Shown in pieces: positions 11,401 through 21,161 of a stretch of 64,000 bases of DNA (position 1 is the first letter of the stretch; each line of letters begins with the position of its first letter). The position numbers and the translations under genes were made by a program. The stretch is from a virus, in IMG/VR virus record IMGVR_UViG_3300042516_003202; one strand, given 5' to 3'. The notes below the pieces were generated by a model. It was not told where the DNA came from. It saw nothing but the letters and a program-made list of their open reading frames with translations, and did no database searches.

Positions 11401-14400
11401 AATATTCATCCTTCCCCTTTAATATATCTCCAGAATATATTGAACCAATACCAGAAAATCTTATAAATGTTGTTCCCACACCAACACTTTCACTTAAAGT
11501 GTATGTTAAAGATGTATAAGTCAATGGATATTGATTTACACCGTTAACGGTGATCACACTTTTTTCCATTTTTTTAACCATCTCAAATTTATGTAAATTT
11601 CCAGATCCTACATTAGTGAAAGTAAATCCTATTCCAGAACCTCCAGAAACTCCAGTAATTTTGAAAGTATTTCTATCTATTTTTATCGCATAAACTTTTG
11701 ATGGGCATATATCAGTGGTAATTCCAGTCGAATAAGTTTTTCTAAACGTTGTTGCAGTTGATACATTTGATAACGTTAATGCTGGTTTCAAATTATTAGA
11801 ATAATAAAGTCTATCAGAACCGATTGGTATAACAGAAGATGCTGTTATAGAATTAATTCCAATAGAAATAATAGTTCCAAGAGAATTGTTGTTTCCAGAA
11901 TAAATTCCAGATCCAATTTTAAGTATTTCTGTGTTTCCTATTCCTGTAATTACTGTAGAACCTACAGAAGTGACATTACCAATAAAATAAGAATAAGTTT
12001 CACCTATGGATACTATGGTAGTATTACCATTTGAAAAACCCTCTCCAGATATAGAAAAAGATCCAGTAGAAATACCAACAGTAGATGCTAATCCAATTAG
12101 TGTATTAAAACCAACTATAGAATCGGCAATTAAAGTTATTCCACCAACTAAAGTTGATCCTATTCCAACGGGCAATGGTGGGATATTTGATAATGTAGAT
12201 CCTGGTGTATAAATTAACTCCTCACCAGTCTCAAAGAAATGATCTTTTATAGTAAAAACTCCAGTTTCTTTATTTAAAACTGATTCTTTTTTAGGATTAA
12301 ATGATTTTACAAATATAGGTATTCTGTTGTAATTTAAATCAAAATCTAATCTATCTTTTCCAAAGTTATTAATTGAACCATATCTTGATAAGTACTGCCT
12401 TTCTATTGCAGAACCATAAGTCAAAACATCTGGAGGATTAAATTCGTCAATTTCTTTATATAAAATATGATCATATGACTGAATAGTTAATTGACTTGAA
12501 GCAAATTTTGGATCTGGATGGAAATTTATACAAGCAATTGACCCAAATAATGATGCAGAGAAAGTTCCAATTCCATTTGGACTTCCAACACTTATAAATG
12601 GATCACTTTGAAGACTTATTGACAATTCATCACAAATAGTAGTCACTTGATGCATTGCTATTGTTGATCCAACTGAAATCTTTACAATAGATCTAAATCC
12701 AGACTCTAAAGATGAGTCAAATATTTTAATAGATGAAATTCCTACCGTTTTACTGTAATTTGATTCTATTCTAGAGGTACGCTCAGTTTCTTCTAATTGA
12801 TCTTCAACTAAAAATCTATAAGTGCCTATTCCCGATGCAGTTGTTCCAAATCCAACGGATTTTGATTTTATTAAAATATTATTCGTTTTATTATTTGTAA
12901 AATCTAATGTTATTACTCCTGAAGATACATTTAACCCAAAAGTACCAATATGACTTCCAGATGATCCACCTAAAGATTTTTGGTTATCAAAATAAAATTC
13001 TGATATGTGGGTATCAGTTCCGTCATAGCATCCAACAACTTCATAGTAGTTTAGGTTATAATTATCAGTATCTACAACAATTGCTGATGCATAGACTGCA
13101 TTAAATTGTGTTGATAAACCTCTAAAAATTACCGTCGAGACCCCAACTTGAGGTAAAAGTTTATCAGTATTTCCATAAAGGCGAATAAAACCATAATCTT
13201 TAAATCCACTCTGTTTATTATAACTTTCATTAAAATATTCCCTATAAATTTTCAATCTATAGCTAGTTTCATAAGGGTCTGCTGGATTAAATCTTAAAAC
13301 AGGATCTCCAGATAGACTTATTTCTCCATTAAATGTTCCAAGTAATCTTGAGGAATAAACATCACTTTTGTTTAAAGTAAAAGTATTTTTAAAGTCATTA
13401 ATTACAACAACTTCACTTAATTGATATGGGGAATCGGATTCGCGTATTTCTGAAATTTGAATTAAAAACTTTGAATAAAAATCTGTAACTGGGTACGTCA
13501 AAGAATCTAAGAAAACGTCCTTATTAAATTCAGAACTCGAGAAACTATTACTAATATCATCTATTTGTAAAACTCGATTAGTTTTGCATTCAATATAGTC
13601 TGTTAACTTTTTATTTAATAATCTAATATAAGATGATGAATTTGTAGTTGAATCATAATCAAACGCAAGGTCAAAGTTTTTAATAACATCAACTCTTTTT
13701 TCATCATTAAAATCCAATGTTATTGATATTCCTTGAGTAGATCCTATAGATGTTTTGGCAGATGAAGATATTCCAGTGTTTGCAAAGCTTTTAGTTCCTG
13801 CTGGGTGAGCTAAAGTATTTAAGATTGTTGAAAATTTATTATATTCTTTAGAGCTTTTAATTGAATATGCTAAATTTTGATAATAATCATTATCTTGCAA
13901 TACTTGAAGATCATCATCCAATCTTCCAACATTTGTTTTCCATCCAAGATCTGAGGTCAACGAAGAAGAAATTATAAATTCACCATCATATTCAATAATA
14001 TTGCCAACTATACATTTGTTACCAGATACGGATCCTAATATTTCATCTCCTTTTTTGACAAAAAATACATCAGAATTGGTAATAGTTATTGCTTTATACA
14101 ATAAACTTTTAACGGTAATGTCAGTTAAAGTCCCATTAATATATAAAACTTCATTTTCAAAAAATTGTTTAGAATTTTGATTTAATTTAAAAACTGGATA
14201 ATTCTTTTTATTAACCGCAACACTATAAACAGTTTGCGATAATGCTGGGTCACCAGCGTATGAAGTATATGGACTTATATCATATTTTAGTAAAGTATTT
14301 CCTGGAGAATTAATAAATTCAACTACTCTAAAGAAATTATATCCATGATCTGAAGAATTAAATCCGTTTCCTGGAGAAGTTATGTTACCAAATTCATCTT

Positions 14401-17400
14401 CATAACTTCTTTTTTGCAATCCTTCAATAAAAACATAATCTCCAGATTCAAAAGGAGGAGTAGAGAATGCACTTATTCCTGGACTTCTTAATTTACAATG
14501 AACAATTCCATTAGTATATGTGGTAATTCCTGAGATTGAAATTCCATTACTATTGTTTACAGTATATAATTGATGAACAACGTTTTCTAATCCATTAGGT
14601 TTAGAAATAACTTTAACTTCTGAAATAGAACTTGCACTCATTTCAACATCAAATTTTCCAGAATCAATAACTTTTCTGGAAGAAGTATTCAGTAATATTA
14701 AGTTTGGTTTCGAGATATAATTTTTACCACCTTCTATTACTTCAACACGATCTATTTCATCAGCATTTTTTAAAAATAACTGTGTACTAATATCAGCTTT
14801 TGGTCTTAATGTATTATCTGAAACATACGAATAACCTTGACTAGATAAATTTAAAAATTCAAGTTTACCGATTGATTTTGATTTAATATCAAGAACTGCA
14901 TTTTTTCCACCAGTTCTAGATCCAAATATTCCACCAACAGTGCTTGGTGATGTGGATATGCCAGAAATAAAAGGTAAAGATTTATATCCAGATCCTTCAT
15001 TTAATAAAGATATATTTGAAATTGGTCCAATAGAAGTTTTAGAATTTGTCGAATATGAAATAGTTTCACACTCACTCTTTAAATAATAACTTTTTTCTGG
15101 TATTTCTTGTAATGAAATATAAAAATGTGTTCCAGCGACCCCAGATATTTTATAGGTATTGTTATATAAACTATTAATGAATTTTATTTGGTAATCTTGC
15201 TCATTTGTATTGGTAAATATAGATTTTCCATTTTTTGTTAATGAATAGTATAAAGAAACTGGTAAATTTTTATCAAATTTCAGTTTTAAACTTCCATTTA
15301 CACCCACAACTCCATTTTTAGTAATATTGAAAATTGTTGATATTCCGGATGAAACAAAGTTTTTATTAAATTCTTTATCATAAAATAGTTCAAAATCGTA
15401 TCCAGAAAGTGAAGAATCTGAAAGGTTAAATTCTAAGAAATTATTTTTAACTGATAGAATTTGAGAATTTATTTTAGATACATATTGGATATTTCCACCA
15501 CTACTTCCTATAGAAATTAATTTTGGTGGGAAAGATATTGAATCTAAATATGTTTCCGATAATTTAATAGTATTGCTGTCAACAACATAAACGTAATATT
15601 CACCTTTTGATAAATTTTGAATATTGGCGTCTTGAGAATAATAGAATATTTTTTGACCAGTATAAAATCCGTGCGAATTAATTGATATGCTATTATTTAA
15701 AGTACTAACAGAAGTTGAACCAAATCCAACTCTATTTACCAATAACTTATTATACTCAGAATCATATGAAATCTTGAGAGAAGATGAAGTTTCTATTCCA
15801 CCAGAAGAAATATTTGGTACAACATTTAATTTTATAGTATCACCATTAACTAATGTATGGTCTGTTGATATTGATACTTTAGTTTGTATTTTACGAACTG
15901 TTCCAGTTATGTTTTCATATCCGGTTAGTTGTGTTTGAATCTTATAGTCATCATAATCTATACTTCCACCAACTCCAGCACCGATAAAAAATAGACCTGA
16001 AGTTTGTGTAGTTAATCCAACTTGAGTTACAATTCCAATATAATCTTTTGATTTATTAATTACGTAAACTTCTTGGGAGGGTCCCGATAAAGGTAAGTTG
16101 AAAGTGTTTCCTCCAGAAGTATCCTCGGTATTAGAAACACTTATAGGAACACCTAAAGGACTAATTGTTAGTAAAACTTTTTGATTATTTTTTAATCCAT
16201 GATTAGGAATATATATTGATTGAATTGGTATAGAAATTTGATTGGAATAATTTCCAATATTTCTTTGAACATTTGTGATAGTTCCAACATCTGTACCAAA
16301 TCCAACAGATTTTTGAGGATTAAAATAATTAGTTTTTGAAAAAGAAGAATCAAAGAAGTTGGTATTTGTCTTTATTTCAAAAGTATTTGGATAATAAGAA
16401 ATTAATTCCGAAACTGTATGCGAAATTCCAGTTTGTCCTCTTCTTACCTTTATTATATTTTGCTCTTCAAAAACATTTAAGACTAACGCAACTTCAGACC
16501 CTATAGTTATAGAACTACCAATGCTAATATTTTTTGGTATTTCGCTAACATATATGTCTGTTGAAATACCGCTAGATGCGGCAGAGCTCAGAGATTTTGT
16601 AAGTCTAGAATAATACCTATCAACTTTTATGTTATGATCTCCAGTTATATTTTTTAATGAAGTGGATAGACCTATTATTTGAACGTTCGAATTATTATCT
16701 AATTCGTGGTATGGAAGAATTCTTACCGAAACCGTATTAGAGTCTTTCCACACAAATGTAGCATTTTCGTATACTTTATATGAAGTTTCTAAAGATACTA
16801 TGTCATCTTTATTGTAAATTTCGGAAACTATTGCATTTGCCCCAGATCCAGAGGAACCATCATTATCGAAAACTACAATATCACCAATAGCATAATCTTG
16901 CCCAGAATTAACAACATCAATTTTATCAATAACACCTGGTTTGGTTTGTTCTATAGTTGTTATTTGTTTAGAAAATTCATTTAATAATGGTATAAAATCG
17001 CTTTTTGAATATTTTTGCGATACTCTATGTGGAAATGTATTTCTCAGTAAAGTTGTTTCATTAAAATCATCGTTTTGATCTAAAATAAAATCATCAGAAA
17101 CTATAGATCTATAACTATTTCCAATAAAATATGGGAAATTTGGAATTAAATTTGAACTTGATTGTGAAGATGTTACCCCAACATAATACGCATAAGTTCC
17201 GTTTGGAAAATCTGGAGTTACTGCATATCTACCATTACTTTCATCTAAATCTCCAGAATTGGTAAATTTATAATCATCAACAAAATATCCTAGAGGGAAA
17301 TTATTTAAAGAAGGTCTATTTTCAATAAAAGATCCACTTAAAGAATAACCTGTTTTTAATATGACTATTTCAGAGTTTAAGTTTTTGGGATCATTATGAC

Positions 17401-20400
17401 CATATGGACCATATATTGGATATCCATCTCTAGACCATCCTATTATCTTAGAATGACCTTCACGAGTAGATCTAGGCTCATCAAATTGTGTCCCATCTCT
17501 ATTTGTCGAATAACCAACTATTCCATAAGTCATTCCACCTTCACGAGGAGTTAGATATTCATCAGAATATCTAAAATTGTTATTAAGAGTTAAATATCTA
17601 ACTTCTGGGAATAAAATTGCATTTCTTCCTGGAGAATTGATTATTATTTTAGTATTATTTCCATATCCTATACCGCCGTTTATTACGATAACTGAAGTTA
17701 TAGAACCATTTACAACTACAGCACGTAACTTAGCACCAATACCATTTCCAACAACTTGTAAATCTAATGACTTGCTGTAAAGAAGACCTCTAGATTGAAC
17801 TTCAACTTTGACTATTCTGCCATTGATAACAATTGGTTTTAATTGCGCTCCTCTACCTTTTTGAAGAGATATTGTTGGTTTTTTATTAAAGTTCAGAATT
17901 TGGGATCCATAATTAGTACCATTTTCATATACATATACCCCAGAGATTTTACCTCTGACTACTGGTGTTGCTGTTATTATTCCAGTAGATTGTGAATATT
18001 CTGCATCAATATTGATTTTTACTTCTGGATATGAAAATACTTGATATCCAGATCCAGAACTTTCAAACTTAACATATTTTCTTCTTTCATAATTTGACTT
18101 TGAAAATCCAACAGAAATTCCTCCAATTTCAGACAATCTGAAATAATCATCATCCACTTTTAATACATTATATTGTTTATCGGTGGATAAACCACTCATA
18201 TATCCACCAGTTGATGAATATTCGATTATATCACCATCTTTAAATCCATGATTTTTAAAATTAATAGTGTAGTTTTGAGTTGATATTCCAGAAGGTTTTA
18301 CGCGCAAAACTTTATTAGCATATCCTTCTCCACCATCAACTACTCTAATCTGAGATAGAACACGTATAGGGTCATAAAATCTAAATTTATGAATTCCCCC
18401 AGTATTTACTGTAGTAAATCCAACAGTATTAATACCAGAATTCAAATCTGATAATGTGTTGAATAATTTAATAGATTTCGTATTTAAAATTTTTGGATAG
18501 TAAATTGCACCATTAATTAAATATAAATCTTGATCAGTATTAGATAATCCAAAACTTCCGACTCCTAATTGAGGGTTTCCGTTTGAACTATAAACTATTT
18601 TCTTCCCATCAACTAAATCATGATTTTCTAAAAATGTAATTGTTTCTTCCGAAATATTAATTCCACCACCGAATTCATATTGAGCAGCGTTAAACTCTAT
18701 TTCTTTGTATTGGTCAGAAATTATGGGTTCTAAAATTGCCCCCTTTCCATTTCCACCAGAAACTGAAACTGTTATAACTCTTTCAAGAGAAACTTTTTGT
18801 GGATCTACTAAAACTTCCTTTATAGATCCTTCAACGATTAAATTTGCAAGAGCAGTAGTTCCAATACCAACAGTTGGATTTGAAATTATTACTTTTGGAG
18901 GATCAATAACATCATAATCCTCTCCAGAATTTATAACTGAAATGTTGTTAATTGGACCATAATAGATTCTATCATCAGATTTATAATTTATGATAGAAAC
19001 TCCATTAACTAAAACACCAACTTCTCCTGGTTTTGTTTCAATTTTTTTAACATAATCTTCATATTTTTGAGATATTGGGAATTTAATTAATGAATTGGAA
19101 GGAAGTAATTTTTCAGATGTTTGAGAACGTAAAGTAAAAGTATGAGTTCCCAAATTTTCATTAATTTCTAATTCTATGTTATCTCCAGTGGAAAGGAAAG
19201 ATCTTGATGAATATAGTTTAATTTTATTTTTTTGATCTAAAACTTCAACATAATACACTGCATTATTACTTAATCCACTTATTGGAGTTGTAGTTGTATG
19301 TGTATATACTACTTCATCGCCAGTAATGAATGGAACCTCATTATCAAATGAAAGTGTAGAATACTTTCTTGTTACTGCATTTAATCCACCAAATACATTA
19401 TTAACATCAGACAGTTGACTTATAGTTTTTGATATTTTTTTAATTTTAGTTGTTATATTATATGAAGGCAAAGAATTTGACGATACATAAATGAAATCGT
19501 TATTTTCTACATAAGTATTTTGAACGTCTGATAATATTTTTGAATATGTTAAAGGTATGTTAGAACTAGATGCGTACTTATAATTTCTTCTTATACTTAA
19601 TTTTTGATTAAGAGGAGAATTTTGTATTTCAGTATCTAATTGGACAATATTACTATTAATATTTTGGACTAAAACATTTTCTAATATAATATCTTCAGAA
19701 TTTTGCTTTAAAATATCTACATAATCCCCATTTTTTAAGCTACTTTTATCTGGAGATTCATATAAGACTATTTGCGAGCTTCCATTAGAATACGACTGGA
19801 TTTCGTATCTAGATTTAACGTTGTAAACCCAAGAATTAAAAAGTTTTTGTTTAAAAGATCTTTCAGATAAGGGGTTTAATATTTTATCCCCATAATTTTT
19901 TACACTAATTGTTTCACCTTCTCTAAAAAGATTTAAATTATCTACTTTTGAGATATTAGATAATGATCCAGTAACTATAAATTCAATTTTTTTATTGATA
20001 TCTCCATTTTCATAACCATAAATTACATCAGAATTAAAATATAAATCTGAAGAACATGGAATACTTGAAGTTATTCCAGTGCATCCAAAAAATTGAGTTA
20101 AATTTTTATTAGTATATGATATTTGTTGAGAATTTGATATAAAAGTTCCTGTTTTACCAAATCCAACAGTAGAGTCGACATTTATAATTGAAGATCCTAC
20201 AGAAACAGTTTCAGTTATTTTTGTTTTTGGGGTAATTTTGAAGTTTCCATCCGTTAAATCAGAATCATCATACCCATAAAATAGTTCTATTCTGTAGAGA
20301 GCTTTATTATTTCTTGTTAAAATATCAACTCTGGAGACTGGACCAGAATATAGTTGATTATTTGATCTTATTTCTTGTCCAATTAAATTTTCAGGGTTAC

Positions 20401-21160
20401 AATTTTTAGTTATTAAATCTGCTATTACAATTTTTCTTCTTAAATACTCTGAAGATGATGGTTTAAGAACAAAATCTTCTGTATTTAAAACCTTTACTTC
20501 TTCTCCATACAAAACTCTAAAAAGTATTTTTATGGATTCTTCAGTGCCTTTAGATTTATAAAAAGATTTAATTTGAGAAATAAAATTATCTACGTTTAAA
20601 TCTGGAGTAAATTTTATATCTTCAAATCCAGGCGCGAAGAGATATTTTAATCTTTTATAAAAATTTTGTAAAAATAATGCGCTTAAATTTACGACAGTAG
20701 AATTATTTTTATGCGATGCTGCAATTGAAGTTGAAAAAATTAATTCTCCTGGATTTAAAGGATCGTCAAAAGAAGTAATTCCACAAAATCCACGGATACA
20801 ACCAGTAAATTTATTTCCTTCAATTTTTTTATAAGTAATAATCTCATCATCTATTTTTAATAACCCATATTCATCAGGAAATCCTTTTGTTGAGGACACG
20901 GTAATTTCCGAAGATGAAGCAGTAATATTTGAGGAAAGAGTAGTTTTCCCCGAAATAACTTCCGGTGTTATTGACTGAAATCTTAAATATTGATCTAAAT
21001 TTTCTGCAATATCTACAGGACCGCCAGGGTACTCCTGAGATTTATAATAATCTTTAAGAAATTCAGAAAACTTTGGATTTTCATCTAAAAAGAATTCTGG
21101 TATCTGATTGTCAATTACTTCTTGTATTTTTACTCTTTGCTCAAATCCTGTTGATATCAT
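8441..21160 (-). CDS. gp7: baseplate wedge initiator gp7-like (giant)
   Basis: 4239 aa; N-terminus with FLKDYYKSQE and FYKSKGTEESIKILFRVLYG, many GSGY beta-repeats, QDNDYYQNLAYSIKS motif; between gp6 and gp8. Confidence 0.85.
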   Translation of the reverse strand: MISTGFEQRVKIQEVIDNQIPEFFLDENPKFSEFLKDYYKSQEYPGGPVDIAENLDQYLRFQSITPEVISGKTTLSSNITASSSEITVSSTKGFPDEYGLLKIDDEIITYKKIEGNKFTGCIRGFCGITSFDDPLNPGELIFSTSIAASHKNNSTVVNLSALFLQNFYKRLKYLFAPGFEDIKFTPDLNVDNFISQIKSFYKSKGTEESIKILFRVLYGEEVKVLNTEDFVLKPSSSEYLRRKIVIADLITKNCNPENLIGQEIRSNNQLYSGPVSRVDILTRNNKALYRIELFYGYDDSDLTDGNFKITPKTKITETVSVGSSIINVDSTVGFGKTGTFISNSQQISYTNKNLTQFFGCTGITSSIPCSSDLYFNSDVIYGYENGDINKKIEFIVTGSLSNISKVDNLNLFREGETISVKNYGDKILNPLSERSFKQKLFNSWVYNVKSRYEIQSYSNGSSQIVLYESPDKSSLKNGDYVDILKQNSEDIILENVLVQNINSNIVQLDTEIQNSPLNQKLSIRRNYKYASSSNIPLTYSKILSDVQNTYVENNDFIYVSSNSLPSYNITTKIKKISKTISQLSDVNNVFGGLNAVTRKYSTLSFDNEVPFITGDEVVYTHTTTTPISGLSNNAVYYVEVLDQKNKIKLYSSRSFLSTGDNIELEINENLGTHTFTLRSQTSEKLLPSNSLIKFPISQKYEDYVKKIETKPGEVGVLVNGVSIINYKSDDRIYYGPINNISVINSGEDYDVIDPPKVIISNPTVGIGTTALANLIVEGSIKEVLVDPQKVSLERVITVSVSGGNGKGAILEPIISDQYKEIEFNAAQYEFGGGINISEETITFLENHDLVDGKKIVYSSNGNPQLGVGSFGLSNTDQDLYLINGAIYYPKILNTKSIKLFNTLSDLNSGINTVGFTTVNTGGIHKFRFYDPIRVLSQIRVVDGGEGYANKVLRVKPSGISTQNYTINFKNHGFKDGDIIEYSSTGGYMSGLSTDKQYNVLKVDDDYFRLSEIGGISVGFSKSNYERRKYVKFESSGSGYQVFSYPEVKINIDAEYSQSTGIITATPVVRGKISGVYVYENGTNYGSQILNFNKKPTISLQKGRGAQLKPIVINGRIVKVEVQSRGLLYSKSLDLQVVGNGIGAKLRAVVVNGSITSVIVINGGIGYGNNTKIIINSPGRNAILFPEVRYLTLNNNFRYSDEYLTPREGGMTYGIVGYSTNRDGTQFDEPRSTREGHSKIIGWSRDGYPIYGPYGHNDPKNLNSEIVILKTGYSLSGSFIENRPSLNNFPLGYFVDDYKFTNSGDLDESNGRYAVTPDFPNGTYAYYVGVTSSQSSSNLIPNFPYFIGNSYRSIVSDDFILDQNDDFNETTLLRNTFPHRVSQKYSKSDFIPLLNEFSKQITTIEQTKPGVIDKIDVVNSGQDYAIGDIVVFDNDGSSGSGANAIVSEIYNKDDIVSLETSYKVYENATFVWKDSNTVSVRILPYHELDNNSNVQIIGLSTSLKNITGDHNIKVDRYYSRLTKSLSSAASSGISTDIYVSEIPKNISIGSSITIGSEVALVLNVFEEQNIIKVRRGQTGISHTVSELISYYPNTFEIKTNTNFFDSSFSKTNYFNPQKSVGFGTDVGTITNVQRNIGNYSNQISIPIQSIYIPNHGLKNNQKVLLTISPLGVPISVSNTEDTSGGNTFNLPLSGPSQEVYVINKSKDYIGIVTQVGLTTQTSGLFFIGAGVGGSIDYDDYKIQTQLTGYENITGTVRKIQTKVSISTDHTLVNGDTIKLNVVPNISSGGIETSSSLKISYDSEYNKLLVNRVGFGSTSVSTLNNSISINSHGFYTGQKIFYYSQDANIQNLSKGEYYVYVVDSNTIKLSETYLDSISFPPKLISIGSSGGNIQYVSKINSQILSVKNNFLEFNLSDSSLSGYDFELFYDKEFNKNFVSSGISTIFNITKNGVVGVNGSLKLKFDKNLPVSLYYSLTKNGKSIFTNTNEQDYQIKFINSLYNNTYKISGVAGTHFYISLQEIPEKSYYLKSECETISYSTNSKTSIGPISNISLLNEGSGYKSLPFISGISTSPSTVGGIFGSRTGGKNAVLDIKSKSIGKLEFLNLSSQGYSYVSDNTLRPKADISTQLFLKNADEIDRVEVIEGGKNYISKPNLILLNTSSRKVIDSGKFDVEMSASSISEVKVISKPNGLENVVHQLYTVNNSNGISISGITTYTNGIVHCKLRSPGISAFSTPPFESGDYVFIEGLQKRSYEDEFGNITSPGNGFNSSDHGYNFFRVVEFINSPGNTLLKYDISPYTSYAGDPALSQTVYSVAVNKKNYPVFKLNQNSKQFFENEVLYINGTLTDITVKSLLYKAITITNSDVFFVKKGDEILGSVSGNKCIVGNIIEYDGEFIISSSLTSDLGWKTNVGRLDDDLQVLQDNDYYQNLAYSIKSSKEYNKFSTILNTLAHPAGTKSFANTGISSSAKTSIGSTQGISITLDFNDEKRVDVIKNFDLAFDYDSTTNSSSYIRLLNKKLTDYIECKTNRVLQIDDISNSFSSSEFNKDVFLDSLTYPVTDFYSKFLIQISEIRESDSPYQLSEVVVINDFKNTFTLNKSDVYSSRLLGTFNGEISLSGDPVLRFNPADPYETSYRLKIYREYFNESYNKQSGFKDYGFIRLYGNTDKLLPQVGVSTVIFRGLSTQFNAVYASAIVVDTDNYNLNYYEVVGCYDGTDTHISEFYFDNQKSLGGSSGSHIGTFGLNVSSGVITLDFTNNKTNNILIKSKSVGFGTTASGIGTYRFLVEDQLEETERTSRIESNYSKTVGISSIKIFDSSLESGFRSIVKISVGSTIAMHQVTTICDELSISLQSDPFISVGSPNGIGTFSASLFGSIACINFHPDPKFASSQLTIQSYDHILYKEIDEFNPPDVLTYGSAIERQYLSRYGSINNFGKDRLDFDLNYNRIPIFVKSFNPKKESVLNKETGVFTIKDHFFETGEELIYTPGSTLSNIPPLPVGIGSTLVGGITLIADSIVGFNTLIGLASTVGISTGSFSISGEGFSNGNTTIVSIGETYSYFIGNVTSVGSTVITGIGNTEILKIGSGIYSGNNNSLGTIISIGINSITASSVIPIGSDRLYYSNNLKPALTLSNVSTATTFRKTYSTGITTDICPSKVYAIKIDRNTFKITGVSGGSGIGFTFTNVGSGNLHKFEMVKKMEKSVITVNGVNQYPLTYTSLTYTLSESVGVGTTFIRFSGIGSIYSGDILKGKDEYLNVINVGFGTTVKGPITGIGSIPLVQVIRASLGSTETFHTSGDVFRLYKGAYNIVGNKIWFADAPDGKGNNDVLSENYLPSPKSTFNGRVFLRKDYTGNQIYDDISQNFTGIARTFTLYKNEVPVANAIPGNNLVFINDVFQTPDTQNNTGNNYEILSSPGISSVSFTGIKIPNTNDVFTVDYDVNQNELPRGGILVSLAFTGGLGYAPLVGIPSSMIDLKVGAGGSIRSIGFTTSIVVGIATTGMIGINTDVITGITTTSISVGQKVIDILNEQTLNLVNPIVPNLTRFLQYDTLVSSIGINSIFISKSTTNNVAFSTTFGFDIGPIIGSGYYNTISIGITDSLHNGTPANIKAFVGSGGTVTSFNIVSGGSGYVNPYVAIPDPSYERLPIVGVSKVSVGNTTKCGIGVSLTFSVSPSIEVGVNSTYYRISDYELNKSGYGFELGDIFQPVGLTTAQGLQKPITPILFTVTDIKADSFASWQVGEFDYIDNIKQLQDGIRTRFPLYKNGELLSFEINRLDPDSSLIDFDSVLLIYINGVMQEPDVSYRFTGGTTFSFLEAPKPSDNISIFFYRGTSGVDSVEVDITQTIKPGDSVQINKNDLIPQTIGQDPRLVSYILSSDIFETGIYLGDGVDQINPRPINLITQKRDLIINETFYSKERDSIEPLVFPTAKIIKSFTPSDNFIFVDDAQFFNYEENNFGNEVRSFDGLVIANQDPVSAAISAVVSTGSTSISSISIINGGSGYLGIGNSILLKTRSVGVGGSNAIIYATVSSAGTITSPINIVSPGFGYTHTNPPQVIAPVPTANKEIIKDIIFVDGFSGIITGITTTSGIGTDLAIKFFVKYDQDYDPNTLKVGYPIYVFDTTVGSGLTSIDSNNTEKVAIGTEYCNNIYYVHSITNLNLQGSITCNIMSNSNITGISTFGNTKKGEFSWGRFSGLKRSDNINSISVNLNEYTTSVGLTTYPTIQRRKFGLRSTGALSKIDL

Positions 21161-21161
21161 A

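Noticed and set aside
1785-18917. Short ORFs antisense to or in other frames of DUF4815, gp8 and gp7
   Set aside because: Fully nested in long conserved structural genes, with no RBS or motifs.
8441-21160. Intein or intron in the 4239-aa gp7
   Set aside because: No LAGLIDADG/HNH or C..HN(C/S/T) intein signatures noticed, and this size is normal for cyanophage gp7-like proteins.
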